From contig JAVCCP010000025.1 in the NCBI GenBank assembly GCA_030765405.1, positions 1 to 40,832 of the forward strand: 40,832 nucleotides of DNA, written 5' to 3'. A model generated the notes under the pieces. It ran no database searches. It was not told the origin of the DNA and saw nothing but the letters and a program-made list of their open reading frames with translations. Made by a program: the position numbers and the translations under genes. This document shows positions 19,442 through 31,013 of this stretch, one piece after another. How positions within the stretch are numbered: position 1 is the first letter of the stretch; each line of letters starts with the position of its first letter. The stretch is from Candidatus Ancaeobacter aquaticus. Its GTDB lineage: Bacteria; Auribacterota; Ancaeobacteria; Ancaeobacterales; Ancaeobacteraceae.

Positions 19442-19450
19442 AACAAAACC

Positions 19451-20149
19451 TTACATATCAACATTCACAACTTCCACATCCTTAGGCAATGTGAGATAAA
19501 ATTGTGATTGTGGCACACCAGAATTCACTTTAATATTAAAAAGCTCAGTTGTTGAATTATCTCCGTTCAATTCAACAATATAAAATTTTTCAGGGATCCA
19601 TGACGTTTCTCTCACCCATATCTTTATTTTGTAAAATGTGTTCTTTTCACGTTCAGCGATCGGGGCTAAATCTAAAACATATTTTTTACCCTCTGGGGTC
19701 TCTTCAGTATCTACCAATGCTATAGAAAAATCTTTTTTTAGATTTTCCACTGCTCGGTCAAACCCAAATATAAGTGATATTCCCTTAGGACTATTTTCAA
19801 CATCGATTTTTTGGGCCTGCTTGATATCCGGCACATACATTAATGTCTCTTTTTCATTAACGACAATAAGGCTTCGGTCAGGAGAATAAAACTCCCAGTA
19901 CATCATGCGAGGTTTTTTATATTTAAAGACACCTTTAAACTCTACCGTATCATCAAAGTCAGTAAATACTTTTGTTTGCACAATATCTGCGGTGAGATCT
20001 TTGATGTTTTTTTCGGTACGTTCCATCTCAGAAAGGACCGTATCAAGTGTTCTCTCATCTTGGGGAGTGGTGATTTCTTTCGCGTACGCGTACGAGAACA
20101 CTAGCAAGATCATACATATACTGATTATTTTGATAGAGAAATATTTCAT
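19451..20149 (-). CDS. Outer-membrane lipoprotein carrier LolA-like protein
   Basis: Signal peptide ending AYA; GVFKYKKPRMMYWEFYSPD is typical of the LolA fold. Confidence 0.75.
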   Translation of the reverse strand: MKYFSIKIISICMILLVFSYAYAKEITTPQDERTLDTVLSEMERTEKNIKDLTADIVQTKVFTDFDDTVEFKGVFKYKKPRMMYWEFYSPDRSLIVVNEKETLMYVPDIKQAQKIDVENSPKGISLIFGFDRAVENLKKDFSIALVDTEETPEGKKYVLDLAPIAEREKNTFYKIKIWVRETSWIPEKFYIVELNGDNSTTELFNIKVNSGVPQSQFYLTLPKDVEVVNVDM

Positions 20150-20979
20150 TTACCAATTTCAATCCTTTCCACACCTTTAACAGAATCCAAAGAAAACACA
20201 CCATCACTAAACGTTTGATTAAACGATGTCTTTAATAAATTTATACGCACCCATGTTCCTGTTTTAGGGCGTACAAAAACAATTTGCTGTGGAAAACTCA
20301 CATCATCGCGCACTGTATATTTTTCATAGTAAACTTCAAAAGAGACGTTGCCGTCATTTTTATAATACGCTTGCTGTAATATCTTATGTGATTCAAGACT
20401 GATCACAATCTTTCTTTTCATGAAATACCTGAAATAGCCCGAATCTGAAAGATACTTATTCAGCACGTTTACTACACAGCTTTCACCGCTCCGCTCGAGA
20501 AAAACAATCTCCTCATCAGAATCATCGTCCACATTATCAAACGTCATTGCTGAAATAAGACTCATTGGATCAACATCTAACTTAATTGATGACGAAGAAT
20601 CGTCCTCATAGGTTCCCGTATATAATTTCTTTTCTTTTGGAATATAAAACCAAAACTCTTCGCCGTTTGACGCCAAATCAAACAATGTCGGGACAAAAGG
20701 CTTATACCCCTTCATTCTTATCTTATCCGGTCTTAAGAGCATCATCTTGCCTTTACAAAATTGTGTATCAGGAATGAGGTTGCTCTTAATTTCGATCTGA
20801 ATATCAGATTTTAAGGCACTAAACTCAGACGATTGGACATGTACAATATCCAGTGCTTCCTTAAAGCTTAATTGCTGCAGTTTCACCGGCCTCAATTCAT
20901 TAATAATGGTTTTTTTCTGTGCCGCGCACCCGCACATCGTTATACATACTGCGATAATGAAAACTTTCATTCTTGTCAT
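20146..20979 (-). CDS. Lipoprotein of probable LolA/LolB-like fold (DUF4292-like)
   Basis: Lipobox-like MCGC; LLRPDKIRM...DLASNGEEFWFYIPKEKKLY resembles the LolA-fold beta-sheet. Confidence 0.55.
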   Translation of the reverse strand: MTRMKVFIIAVCITMCGCAAQKKTIINELRPVKLQQLSFKEALDIVHVQSSEFSALKSDIQIEIKSNLIPDTQFCKGKMMLLRPDKIRMKGYKPFVPTLFDLASNGEEFWFYIPKEKKLYTGTYEDDSSSSIKLDVDPMSLISAMTFDNVDDDSDEEIVFLERSGESCVVNVLNKYLSDSGYFRYFMKRKIVISLESHKILQQAYYKNDGNVSFEVYYEKYTVRDDVSFPQQIVFVRPKTGTWVRINLLKTSFNQTFSDGVFSLDSVKGVERIEIGK

Positions 20980-21077
20980 TTGAGTTAACCCCTTCTTAAA
21001 GACATTCGTTTAATCTAGAAATTATTCACTTTTTGTGGACACCTGCTGTGGTATTGTGGGTATAACCATACCGTAAA

Positions 21078-22052
21078 CTAGGCAAAATGACAACGAACAA
21101 AATGACCAGGCATTTTTTCGTTGTAGTGAGGTGCATTTTCTTTACATTCATCTTTGATATAAGGACATCTATCGCAAAACACACATCCTTGACTATAATT
21201 GTCCGAGGGCTTACTTCCCTCATCCTCTAATATTACATTATTATCCGCATCGTTTTTACCAATGGCCGGTATTGCAGAAAGAAGCGCTTTAGTATACGGA
21301 TGAAGTGCTTTCGTATATACATCTTCACCGCGTGCATACTCCATAATCTGTCCCCTATACATCACTGCAACATAATCACTTACATGGTAAACCACACTCA
21401 GATCATGTGAAATAAACAGATATGAAAGTTTCAGTTTTTCCTTTATCGATTGCAGAAGATTAATCACCTGTGCCTGTATCGACACATCTAATGAGCTGAC
21501 CGGTTCGTCACAAACTATAAAACGAGGGTTCAGTGCAAGCGCACGTGCAATGCCAAGGCGTTGACGTTGTCCACCGCTAAATTCATGAGGATATCTATTG
21601 AGAATGTTTCCCGGAAGGCCAACCATATCAAGAAGTTCAACAACCTTTTGCTGTAAGACTTTTTTTGATTCACATAAATTGAATACTTTAAGTCCCTCAC
21701 CTACAATATCATGGACCGTAAAACGTGGATTAAGAGACCCAAACGGGTCCTGAAATATTATCTGCATATCTTTACGAAAAGAACGCATCTTCCCCTTTTT
21801 TAGTGAAGAAATATCTTTTCCGTCAAACAGTATATTACCACTATCAGGGTTAATGAGCCGCAAAATGAGTCTTCCTAACGTCGTTTTTCCGCAACCGCTC
21901 TCACCGACAAGACCGAGCGTTGTGGCCGGCATTATTTTAAAACTCACCCCATCTACTGCCCGTACCCAGTCAACAGGACGAGGGATTATCCCTTTTGTTA
22001 CCGGATAATACTTTTTCAGGTCACGAGTTTCCAGTATCGGTGAAGCTTCCAT
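21078..22052 (-). CDS. Oligopeptide/dipeptide ABC transporter ATPase (OppF/DppF)
   Basis: GESGCGKT, FSGGQRQR, CDEPVSSLD, HPYT and C-terminal Cys motif; start set by RBS spacing. Confidence 0.93.
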   Translation of the reverse strand: MEASPILETRDLKKYYPVTKGIIPRPVDWVRAVDGVSFKIMPATTLGLVGESGCGKTTLGRLILRLINPDSGNILFDGKDISSLKKGKMRSFRKDMQIIFQDPFGSLNPRFTVHDIVGEGLKVFNLCESKKVLQQKVVELLDMVGLPGNILNRYPHEFSGGQRQRLGIARALALNPRFIVCDEPVSSLDVSIQAQVINLLQSIKEKLKLSYLFISHDLSVVYHVSDYVAVMYRGQIMEYARGEDVYTKALHPYTKALLSAIPAIGKNDADNNVILEDEGSKPSDNYSQGCVFCDRCPYIKDECKENAPHYNEKMPGHFVRCHFA

Positions 22053-22073
22053 ATATAACAATACTCCATTTTA

Positions 22074-23039
22074 TTATTCTGCGAAATGACATGCCGCATA
22101 GTGAGCGTTACTAACCTCTCTTAAAAGCGGTTTTACTTCTTCACATATTCCTTCTTTTTTAAAACATCGCGGGTGAAACGGACATCCAGACGGTTTTGCT
22201 GCTGGGTCTGGTACGCTTCCCGGTATCGTATCAAGACGCTCTTTTTTTGTTCCTAGTCGTGGTATAGATTTTAACAATCCTTCACTGTACGGATGCAGCG
22301 GTTGCGAAAATAGTGTCTGCGCGTCACACGTCTCAACTATTCCTCCCGCATACATAACAGCAATCCTGTCGGCTAAATCAGATACAATGCCAAGATTGTG
22401 AGTAATCAACAGAACCGACATCTTATGTTCAACTCTGAACTTCCTGAAAAGTTTCATAATCTCTGCCTGAATCGTTACATCAAGCGCTGTTGTGGGCTCG
22501 TCTGCAATCAATAACTTTGGAGAACACGCCGTTGCAATAGCAATCATTATTCTTTGACGCATACCGCCGCTCAATTGATGCGGATAGCTTTTATATATCC
22601 TTTCGGGGTTTGGTATTTCAACTTTATCTATGAGCGAAAGCACTCGCTCCGTGACCTCGCTTCTCGTAAGATTGAAGTGTGTCTTTAACATCTCTGCTAT
22701 CTGATACCCAGCAGTAAATACGGGATTCAAAGAGCTCATGGGTTCCTGAAATATCATAGCGATCTCCTTACCACGCAGTGCCCGTACTTCTTTTTCTTTC
22801 ATGCGCAGAATATCTCTACCCTCAAATAAAATCTCTCCATCAACGATTTTACCCGGAGGATTTGTGATAAGACGCATTATTGAGAGCGATGTTACACTTT
22901 TTCCGCAACCGCTTTCACCAACAAGCGCAAAGGTCTCACCTTCCCCGATTTCAAAACTTACTCCGTCAACTGCTTTTGATATCACAGAATCTTTTTGAAA
23001 ATATGTTTTTAGGTTCTTAACCTGTAAAAGCGGATTCAT
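22074..23039 (-). CDS. Oligopeptide/dipeptide ABC transporter ATPase (OppD/DppD)
   Basis: GESGCGKS, LSGGMRQR, ADEPTTALD and GCPFHPRC motifs. Confidence 0.93.
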   Translation of the reverse strand: MNPLLQVKNLKTYFQKDSVISKAVDGVSFEIGEGETFALVGESGCGKSVTSLSIMRLITNPPGKIVDGEILFEGRDILRMKEKEVRALRGKEIAMIFQEPMSSLNPVFTAGYQIAEMLKTHFNLTRSEVTERVLSLIDKVEIPNPERIYKSYPHQLSGGMRQRIMIAIATACSPKLLIADEPTTALDVTIQAEIMKLFRKFRVEHKMSVLLITHNLGIVSDLADRIAVMYAGGIVETCDAQTLFSQPLHPYSEGLLKSIPRLGTKKERLDTIPGSVPDPAAKPSGCPFHPRCFKKEGICEEVKPLLREVSNAHYAACHFAE

Positions 23040-23050
23040 ACAGTGCCACC

Positions 23051-24196
23051 TTAAGTTTTTGGATCATATGCGTCTCTTAATCCATCACCAAAAAAATTAA
23101 ACGCTATAACCGTAAGAAAGATACATACCCCTGATGCAAGTATCCATGGATGATATCTCAACTCACCGATATTCATTGCATCACTCAAGAGATTTCCCCA
23201 GCTTGCATAAGGATCCTGAATACCAAGACCTATCATCGATAGTGCTGACTCACCTAATATATAGCCGGGAATACTTAGTGTCATAGATACTATCACAAAT
23301 GAAAACGTGTTGGGTAAAATATGTTTTACAATGATGCTCAAGTTGCTTCTTCCCATTGCCCGTGCAGCAAGAACGTATTCTTTTTCCTTAAGTGATAACA
23401 CCATTCCACGAATAATACGCGCCAATCCTGCCCAACCAATAAAGCTAAAAATAAGAACAATGAGAAGATACACTTTTACACTCGAAAGGTTAGGTGGAAA
23501 TGCCGCTCGCAAGGCCAACATTAAATAAAAACCAGGAAGCAGCATTATCATCTCGCAAATCCTCATTAAAATTGTATCAACTTTACCCCCATAATATCCG
23601 GCTATACCGCCAACTAAAAGCCCTATGGTAAAAGTAAAAAGCGCCCCCAAAATTCCTATTGATAATGAAACACGAGAACCGTACAGTATACGCGAAAAAA
23701 GATCTCTTCCACGTCCATCTGCCCCAAGAAGATAGAGCCGCGTATCTTTGTCTACACCAAATAAATGTCGATCTGCTTTAAATAATCCACACACACTGTA
23801 TTCAAAGCCTTTCACAAAAAATTTAATAGGATACTTTTTCGATGTATCAACGGTATATACTCTTTTGTAGTACTTATCAAAATGATATGAATATTTATAA
23901 ATATAAGGATATATTGCTAGTCCGTTATCCGTATCTACCCAATGAATGCGCGTGGGAGGATTATATGAATTAGATCGTTTTTCATCATCGAAATGATAGG
24001 GAGCAAAAAATCCTGCCCCAATGCTCAACACATAAAATACGAGCAGTATCGAACCGCCAATTAACGCAAAACTATGTTTTTTTAGTTTCTTAAACGCAAC
24101 TTTATACTCAGATCCTTCAGACCACGAAGGAATAAGCGGATTATCACGCGCTTGTGTTTCTTTAATCTCATGTAATGTTTTTTTATGTATATTCAT
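23051..24196 (-). CDS. Peptide ABC transporter permease (OppC/DppC type)
   Basis: LGADGRGRDLFSRILYGSRVSL, EYVLAARAMG and FNFFGDGLRDA motifs. Start at MNIHKK avoids overlap with the upstream permease. Confidence 0.9.
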   Translation of the reverse strand: MNIHKKTLHEIKETQARDNPLIPSWSEGSEYKVAFKKLKKHSFALIGGSILLVFYVLSIGAGFFAPYHFDDEKRSNSYNPPTRIHWVDTDNGLAIYPYIYKYSYHFDKYYKRVYTVDTSKKYPIKFFVKGFEYSVCGLFKADRHLFGVDKDTRLYLLGADGRGRDLFSRILYGSRVSLSIGILGALFTFTIGLLVGGIAGYYGGKVDTILMRICEMIMLLPGFYLMLALRAAFPPNLSSVKVYLLIVLIFSFIGWAGLARIIRGMVLSLKEKEYVLAARAMGRSNLSIIVKHILPNTFSFVIVSMTLSIPGYILGESALSMIGLGIQDPYASWGNLLSDAMNIGELRYHPWILASGVCIFLTVIAFNFFGDGLRDAYDPKT

Positions 24197-24206
24197 AGTA
24201 GCGTAT

Positions 24207-25202
24207 CTATTTGTATTTAATTGTCGGGTCAGCGGCAACAAGCAAAATATCTGAAACAAGGTACCCGCAAATAAGAAGGACACCGCCTAAGAGCATATCA
24301 CCCATAACAAGAAAAATATCCTGACTTCGTACTGCGGTTAACATTGTTGAGCCTAGGCCGGGCCAGTTACATATAATTTCTACCAATGCCGCACCTGATA
24401 AAACCGTTGATAGCTCCCCGCCTAAAATTGTAAGAAGCGGATTTATTGCGTTTCGCAGAGCATGCCTATAAATAACTTTATTTTCAGGTAGTCCCTTTGC
24501 TCGAGCCATCGTAATATACTGTGCACGCAAGACTTCGAGCATATTACCGCGCGTAATACGCTGCAAACCCGCAATAGCACTTGTTCCAATAACAATGGTT
24601 GGAATAATAAGATGTCTTCCCACATCAATAATTCTACCAATAATTGACATACTCTCATAATCCGCTGACTTCATTCCTCCTAAAGGTAATATGCCATAGA
24701 AAATGTTTGTATCACTTAAATTGAATGTCAGACTCGCTGCAAATAGCAGTAGCATTGCAAAGAAGAAATTGGGCAGGCTCATACCAATAAACGACAAAAA
24801 TGAAAAGAATTTATCAAATACCGAGTACTGTTTCACAGCACAATAAATCCCTATCGGGACCGCTATAATCCATGTGAAGAGCAATGCACAGATTGATAAA
24901 AGCATTGTGTTAAACAGTCGCTGCTTCAAGACTTTTGCAACCGGTTGTTTGTGTTCAAACGAATATCCAAGATCACCGCTAACGATAGTCTTTAACCAAT
25001 AGACATATTGCACAAGAACATTTCTATCTAAATGATATTCTTGTTCAATATTAGTCACCGTTTCCTCTGACACAAGAGGATCCATGCGTAATCTGTCAAA
25101 ATAACTGCCCGGTGTGACATGAATAAAAAGAAAGGTAATAAAGGACATTGCTAAAAGAAGCGGGATAGAAATTAGTATGCGTCGACATATATACTGTATC
25201 AT
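24207..25202 (-). CDS. Peptide ABC transporter permease (OppB/DppB type)
   Basis: GDLGYSF, YITMARAKGL, HALRNA and DPTI motifs. Confidence 0.92.
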   Translation of the reverse strand: MIQYICRRILISIPLLLAMSFITFLFIHVTPGSYFDRLRMDPLVSEETVTNIEQEYHLDRNVLVQYVYWLKTIVSGDLGYSFEHKQPVAKVLKQRLFNTMLLSICALLFTWIIAVPIGIYCAVKQYSVFDKFFSFLSFIGMSLPNFFFAMLLLFAASLTFNLSDTNIFYGILPLGGMKSADYESMSIIGRIIDVGRHLIIPTIVIGTSAIAGLQRITRGNMLEVLRAQYITMARAKGLPENKVIYRHALRNAINPLLTILGGELSTVLSGAALVEIICNWPGLGSTMLTAVRSQDIFLVMGDMLLGGVLLICGYLVSDILLVAADPTIKYK

Positions 25203-25226
25203 TCAAATTCCATTAGGAGCTACTGA

Positions 25227-26978
25227 TTATTGTTTTTCTTCAATTACATATATCTCTTCAATATTATGAAACGGTCCCCCATATGGTGTCGGATGTAAAT
25301 TTCCAAATTTGTTCCGGACCGCAAAAAGGCTTTCCGGCAATACTGTGTAAATTAGCGGCACATATTGTGCAACAAGACGCTGCCACTGGTCATATAGCTC
25401 TTTTCTCTTATTACGATCGAATTCCTGTACCCCCTGATTAAATATTTCATCAATTTCTATTTCCCACTCTGTTTTCGGCTCTTTTTGTTTAGGATTCCAA
25501 ACATGAAGATGGCCGCTTGATTGCCACACATTATTCCCAAAATGCGGTTCAATGGAACCGGTAAGTCCCATAATAACACAGTCCCAATTATACGTAGAGG
25601 TAAGCTTACTAACCATAGTGTTAAATTCGATTAAAGATAACTGCACTTTAAATCCTAGTTTCTCAAGATCTTTACGGACTATTTCTGCTATTTTTACCCG
25701 TTCCGTACTCCCCGGATTAGTCAGTATGGTAAACTCTACGTCATTACCATCACTATCTTCGATAATCCCGTCACCATTTCTGTCACTAAATCCAGCTTCT
25801 TGTAAAATGTCTTTTGCTTTTTCAATATTGTACTCATACGTCGGCACATCATCGGTAAAGAAAAACCCTTCTGACGGACTTACCGGTGATACCTGCGGAT
25901 ATCCCAAACCATTGAATACAATATCAATAATAGATTGTTTATCTACAACGTGTGCTACCGCTCGTCGAAACTGATCGTTGGTAAACCACGATAGCTTTTT
26001 AGATGGAATATAGTGCTCTTGAGTATCAGGGTTTCGTGTCGTATTTTGATTAAACACAATAAAATTTGTACCGAATGATGGGCCTGCACGGTAAACAGTA
26101 AAATTTCCCTCTTTTTCCTTTGGCTTTAGCTGAGGATAATCACTTCCCCGCATATCAAAATAATCTATTTCGCCTTCCTGAAACTTCAGAAAACCCACAT
26201 CTTGATTCTGTACGATGAGAAAAACTATCCCATCAAGATACGGCAAGTTCTCTCCCTTATCGTTTTTCTTCCAATAAAGCGGATTGCGTTTAAGTTTTAT
26301 CATTTGTCCTGAGGTATACTTATCAAGCATAAAAGGACCTGTACCGATAATATTCTCAGGATCTGTGTCTACACCCCATACAGAATTAAATGACCCTTTA
26401 TCAACATATTCTTCAAGAATGTGTTTTGGAAGTATTGGGGCACTCATACTCCTCAAAAAAGGTGCAAACTTTGTCGGTAGCGTAAATCTGACGGTATAAT
26501 CATCAACTTTTTCTACAGTGATTTCTTTTCCTTCAATCGTAAATATGTCTCGCATACTGTTGGGAATATCTTTATTAAAGATCAGTTTTCTAAAAGTAAA
26601 GACAACATCATCAGCTGTAAAAGGTTTTCCATCAGACCACTTGACATCGTCCCGTAAATGAAAAAGCCACGATTTTCCATCTGGACTTCGATCCCATGAA
26701 TGTGCCAGCTGAGGTTCAACATCTGTGGTAATGCCGTTTGTCGTTGTCAAACCTTCAAACAAATAACTAATGACACCCGTTGTTGAGGTTTCCTTTGCAA
26801 GGATAATATTAAAAGATTTTGGATCAGAGGATGTTGCACGTATGAGACGACCGCCAAAATGCGGCTTCGTAGAAACAACCTTAGCGGCATCTTCTTTTTC
26901 AGCTTTTGAACATCCGGAAAAAAAGAGAGCGATTAGGAAAATAGCGTAGAGTGCAACTTTTGATCGTCCTTTCATCAT
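25227..26978 (-). CDS. Peptide/nickel ABC transporter substrate-binding lipoprotein (family 5)
   Basis: Lipobox FSGC; LRDDVKWSDGKPFTADDVVFT and GTGPF motifs. Confidence 0.92.
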   Translation of the reverse strand: MMKGRSKVALYAIFLIALFFSGCSKAEKEDAAKVVSTKPHFGGRLIRATSSDPKSFNIILAKETSTTGVISYLFEGLTTTNGITTDVEPQLAHSWDRSPDGKSWLFHLRDDVKWSDGKPFTADDVVFTFRKLIFNKDIPNSMRDIFTIEGKEITVEKVDDYTVRFTLPTKFAPFLRSMSAPILPKHILEEYVDKGSFNSVWGVDTDPENIIGTGPFMLDKYTSGQMIKLKRNPLYWKKNDKGENLPYLDGIVFLIVQNQDVGFLKFQEGEIDYFDMRGSDYPQLKPKEKEGNFTVYRAGPSFGTNFIVFNQNTTRNPDTQEHYIPSKKLSWFTNDQFRRAVAHVVDKQSIIDIVFNGLGYPQVSPVSPSEGFFFTDDVPTYEYNIEKAKDILQEAGFSDRNGDGIIEDSDGNDVEFTILTNPGSTERVKIAEIVRKDLEKLGFKVQLSLIEFNTMVSKLTSTYNWDCVIMGLTGSIEPHFGNNVWQSSGHLHVWNPKQKEPKTEWEIEIDEIFNQGVQEFDRNKRKELYDQWQRLVAQYVPLIYTVLPESLFAVRNKFGNLHPTPYGGPFHNIEEIYVIEEKQ

Positions 26979-27023
26979 ACCCCGTGGTGAGATTCCTGCA
27001 TTCTAATTATTCCGCAAACATTA

Positions 27024-27599
27024 TTACTGAGCGTCTCTTAGGGGAGTATCAGACAAATCTATATCAACTTCTTCTACGTTAACAGGAACACCGCTAGGGG
27101 TTTCCGTTAAGGTCTCTTCGAGACTTTCATTTATATTCACTTCTGATTCTGTTACAGGAACATTTATCCCTAGTTTTTCTTCAACCATTGTCGGCTCAGT
27201 TCTCTTTTGGGCAGCACCTTCTATTGTTCCTTTGATTTTGTCAGCCACCTGCCTAGTCGTATCTTTAATAGACTGAAAGATATCCTGAGCTGATTTCGGA
27301 AGAGTAACCGGCAATTGCTGAGTCGCACCAGTTCTTGTGAAACGAGATGTCTTCATAACCGATGAACTATCACGCACAGAAATTGCAGCTAATGACACAG
27401 ATGTAACCATAAAAAGTACCGCAAGCACCGCTGTCGTATGCGTCAGGACATCACCTGTTTGTGCTCCAAACACTGATTGCACGCCACCGCCAGAACCAAA
27501 TACGTTTGCAAGTCCTGTTCCTTTACCCGTTTGAATAAGAACAATCGTAATAAGACCAATACATACTACGACGTGTAATACAATGAGAAATCCATACAT
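27024..27599 (-). CDS. secG: Preprotein translocase subunit SecG with a long C-terminal tail
   Basis: VLIQTGKGTGLANVFG...LTHTTAVLA core; position after tpiA is the conserved one. Confidence 0.88.
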   Translation of the reverse strand: MYGFLIVLHVVVCIGLITIVLIQTGKGTGLANVFGSGGGVQSVFGAQTGDVLTHTTAVLAVLFMVTSVSLAAISVRDSSSVMKTSRFTRTGATQQLPVTLPKSAQDIFQSIKDTTRQVADKIKGTIEGAAQKRTEPTMVEEKLGINVPVTESEVNINESLEETLTETPSGVPVNVEEVDIDLSDTPLRDAQ

Positions 27600-27621
27600 T
27601 ATAACCCCCTAATATAATAAT

Positions 27622-27697
27622 AAATTCGAAATACTAATATCTAAACCCGAAAATAAAGGAACCATTTATTTCAATTCCGAAACTCTAAATCCTAAAC
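27622..27697. repeat. Two degenerate ~25-bp copies of AATTCGAAA..CTAAA..CTAAAC
   Basis: 27622-27646 and 27673-27697 are similar heptamer-periodic tracts. Confidence 0.35.
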
Positions 27698-27736
27698 AAA
27701 TGATGTGCATTTTAATACTTCTTTGTCGCAAGAGCT

Positions 27737-28492
27737 CTATTTTTCATACTTAACTAACTGCACAAATGAATCGGCTTCCAGGCTTGCGCCACCGACAAGT
27801 GCTCCGTCAATACTGTCTTTAGCCATGAGCTCTGAAACATTAGATGGCTTAACACTGCCACCATACTGAATTCGTATCGAATCGGATACCGATTTATCAA
27901 ACATATCGCCAATAAGCGATCTGATGTATTGATGCACGTCTTGCGCTTGGTCAGGTGTCGCTGTTTTGCCGGTACCTATTGCCCATACCGGTTCATAGGC
28001 AATCACACATTTTACCATTTCTTCTTTTGTTAAGCCTGCAAGCGATTCAGTTACCTGAACCTTTAGAACCTCTTGCATACGGCCTTCTTCTCTTTCAGCT
28101 AAAACTTCCCCTACACATACTATTGGAGTTAATCCTTCAGCGAGTGCGGCTTTAATTTTCTTATTTACCGTCTCGTTCGTCTCCCCAAAATACTGTCTTC
28201 TCTCAGAATGTCCAATAATTACATAGGTTGCACCAGTATCTTTTATCTGAGAAGCAGATATTTCACCGGTAAACGCACCCTTTGGCTCCCAAAACATATT
28301 TTGAGCGCCGGAAGCGATATTACTTCCAGATAATGTTTTAGCAACTTCCCAAAGAGCGGTAAAACAGGGACATACTACTATATCCACATCATCAATACCA
28401 GTTAAATCATTTTTTAACTTCTCTACTAATTCTTTTGCTTCAGTAATGTTTTTATGAAGTTTCCAGTTTCCAGCTATTATTGGTTTTCTCAT
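27737..28492 (-). CDS. tpiA: Triosephosphate isomerase
   Basis: AGNWK, GHSERR, AYEPVWAIGTG, YGGSVKP and LVGGASL motifs. Confidence 0.97.
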   Translation of the reverse strand: MRKPIIAGNWKLHKNITEAKELVEKLKNDLTGIDDVDIVVCPCFTALWEVAKTLSGSNIASGAQNMFWEPKGAFTGEISASQIKDTGATYVIIGHSERRQYFGETNETVNKKIKAALAEGLTPIVCVGEVLAEREEGRMQEVLKVQVTESLAGLTKEEMVKCVIAYEPVWAIGTGKTATPDQAQDVHQYIRSLIGDMFDKSVSDSIRIQYGGSVKPSNVSELMAKDSIDGALVGGASLEADSFVQLVKYEK

Positions 28493-28512
28493 ACTAATCC
28501 TTTCTATGGCAT

Positions 28513-29700
28513 TTACTTATCAGTCAACGCTTCAATTCCCGGAAGCGGTTTTCCTTCAAGGTATTCTAATGATGCTCCTCCACCTGTTGAAATATGGCTC
28601 ATCTTGTCTGCAAGACCAGACTTATTTACCGCTGACACAGAATCCCCACCACCAATAATGGATACACAGTCAGTCTCAGCAATGAGTCGTGCCACTTCAA
28701 ATGTCCCGAATGAAAAATCCTTTATTTCAAAAACGCCCAGAGGACCATTCCACAGAATAGTCTTCGCGCTCTTTATTTTCTCAGTATACAGTGCTATTGA
28801 TTCCGGCCCAACATCTACACCTATCATCCCATCAGCAATATCTTTGCCTACAATCTCAGATGGAACACCATCGGCAACTTCTTTTGCTACACGATGATCT
28901 ACCGGCAATATTATTTCAACATTCTTTACCTTCGCATCCTCAAGCGTTTTCTTTGCTATACCAAGCTTATCATCTTCTACAAGTGAGTTTCCGACTTTAA
29001 AACCCTGGCTTTTAAGGAATGTATACGCCATTGCCCCACCAATGATAATGGTATCAACTTTAGAAAGAAGATTTTCCAAAACGCCTATCTTCGACGACAC
29101 CTTTGCTCCACCAATAATCGCAAGAAACGGATGTGACGGGTTATTCACTGCTTCATCCAAGAAATCAATCTCTTTCCTTAAGAGGTATCCACAGGCGCAC
29201 TGCTCAAAATATTTTGTTACACCAACCATAGATGCATGTGCCCTATGAGAGGTACCAAACGCATCATTTACATATACATCACCGAGTCGTGCAAGCGATT
29301 TTGAAAACTCTTCATCGTTTTTCTTCTCGCCTTTATGAAATCTAAGATTTTCAAGTAGGATAACATCTCCATCTGCCATGTGTGATACTGCTTCTTCGAC
29401 TTCCGGACCAATACAATCATCAAGCTTTAAAACTTTTTTGCCGAGTAATTCTGATAGACGCGCGGCAACCGGATCCATTCTTAACTGTGAAAACATTTCT
29501 TCAGTCTTTGGATTGCCCAGATGACTCATAAGAACAGCTTTACCCCCATGATCGACAACATACTTTATTGTCGGTAACGCAGCCTTTATTCTTGTATCAT
29601 CTGTGATTTCACGTGCATCGTTAAGCGGCACATTAAAATCCACGCGGATTAATACACGTTTACCCGAATAGTCTATATCCTCAACAAAAAGTTTCTTCAT
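28513..29700 (-). CDS. pgk: Phosphoglycerate kinase
   Basis: RVDFNVP, LENLRF, NDAFGTSHRAH and HISTGGGASLE motifs; start at MKKLF. Confidence 0.97.
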   Translation of the reverse strand: MKKLFVEDIDYSGKRVLIRVDFNVPLNDAREITDDTRIKAALPTIKYVVDHGGKAVLMSHLGNPKTEEMFSQLRMDPVAARLSELLGKKVLKLDDCIGPEVEEAVSHMADGDVILLENLRFHKGEKKNDEEFSKSLARLGDVYVNDAFGTSHRAHASMVGVTKYFEQCACGYLLRKEIDFLDEAVNNPSHPFLAIIGGAKVSSKIGVLENLLSKVDTIIIGGAMAYTFLKSQGFKVGNSLVEDDKLGIAKKTLEDAKVKNVEIILPVDHRVAKEVADGVPSEIVGKDIADGMIGVDVGPESIALYTEKIKSAKTILWNGPLGVFEIKDFSFGTFEVARLIAETDCVSIIGGGDSVSAVNKSGLADKMSHISTGGGASLEYLEGKPLPGIEALTDK

Positions 29701-29791
29701 AGTAAAACTCCTTAGTCTATATGTCACAAGGCAACAGACCACAGCCCTAAATTTTATAAGATCTGTGGTCTCTCGTCTTAATCTTGATTTA

Positions 29792-30817
<1,026 letters not shown>

Positions 30818-30891
30818 TTATTTATATTCATGTTTTTATGTTTTATTTAAACAACGACTTTTTCATATGGTTACAACAAATTAAGCTATCA

Positions 30892-30919
30892 ATTTTATTG
30901 ATTCATTATGCCTTGTCAA
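30892..30919 (-). promoter_or_regulatory. Putative sigma70 promoter of gap-pgk-tpi-secG
   Basis: Minus strand TTGACA-16 nt-TAAAAT. Confidence 0.55.
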
Positions 30920-30982
30920 GCGATTTTCTTTTAATTATACTAATATATTGTAAAAGTAGTATATATTAATATCGAAAAATAG

Positions 30983-31007
30983 TGCTATAATACCGTTATA
31001 AAGGGAG
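30983..31007 (+). promoter_or_regulatory. Extended -10 promoter and RBS of the kinase gene
   Basis: TGcTATAAT followed by GGGAG 6 nt before the ATG. Confidence 0.5.
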
Positions 31008-31013
31008 TTATCA

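Noticed and set aside
21026..21223. 65-aa ORF after the oppF-like gene
   Set aside because: It overlaps the ATPase 3' end out of frame, with no RBS or motif.
29736..29771. Inverted repeat AGACCACAG/CTGTGGTCT between gap and pgk
   Set aside because: An ordinary intercistronic stem, plausible for differential mRNA stability; nothing further supports novelty.
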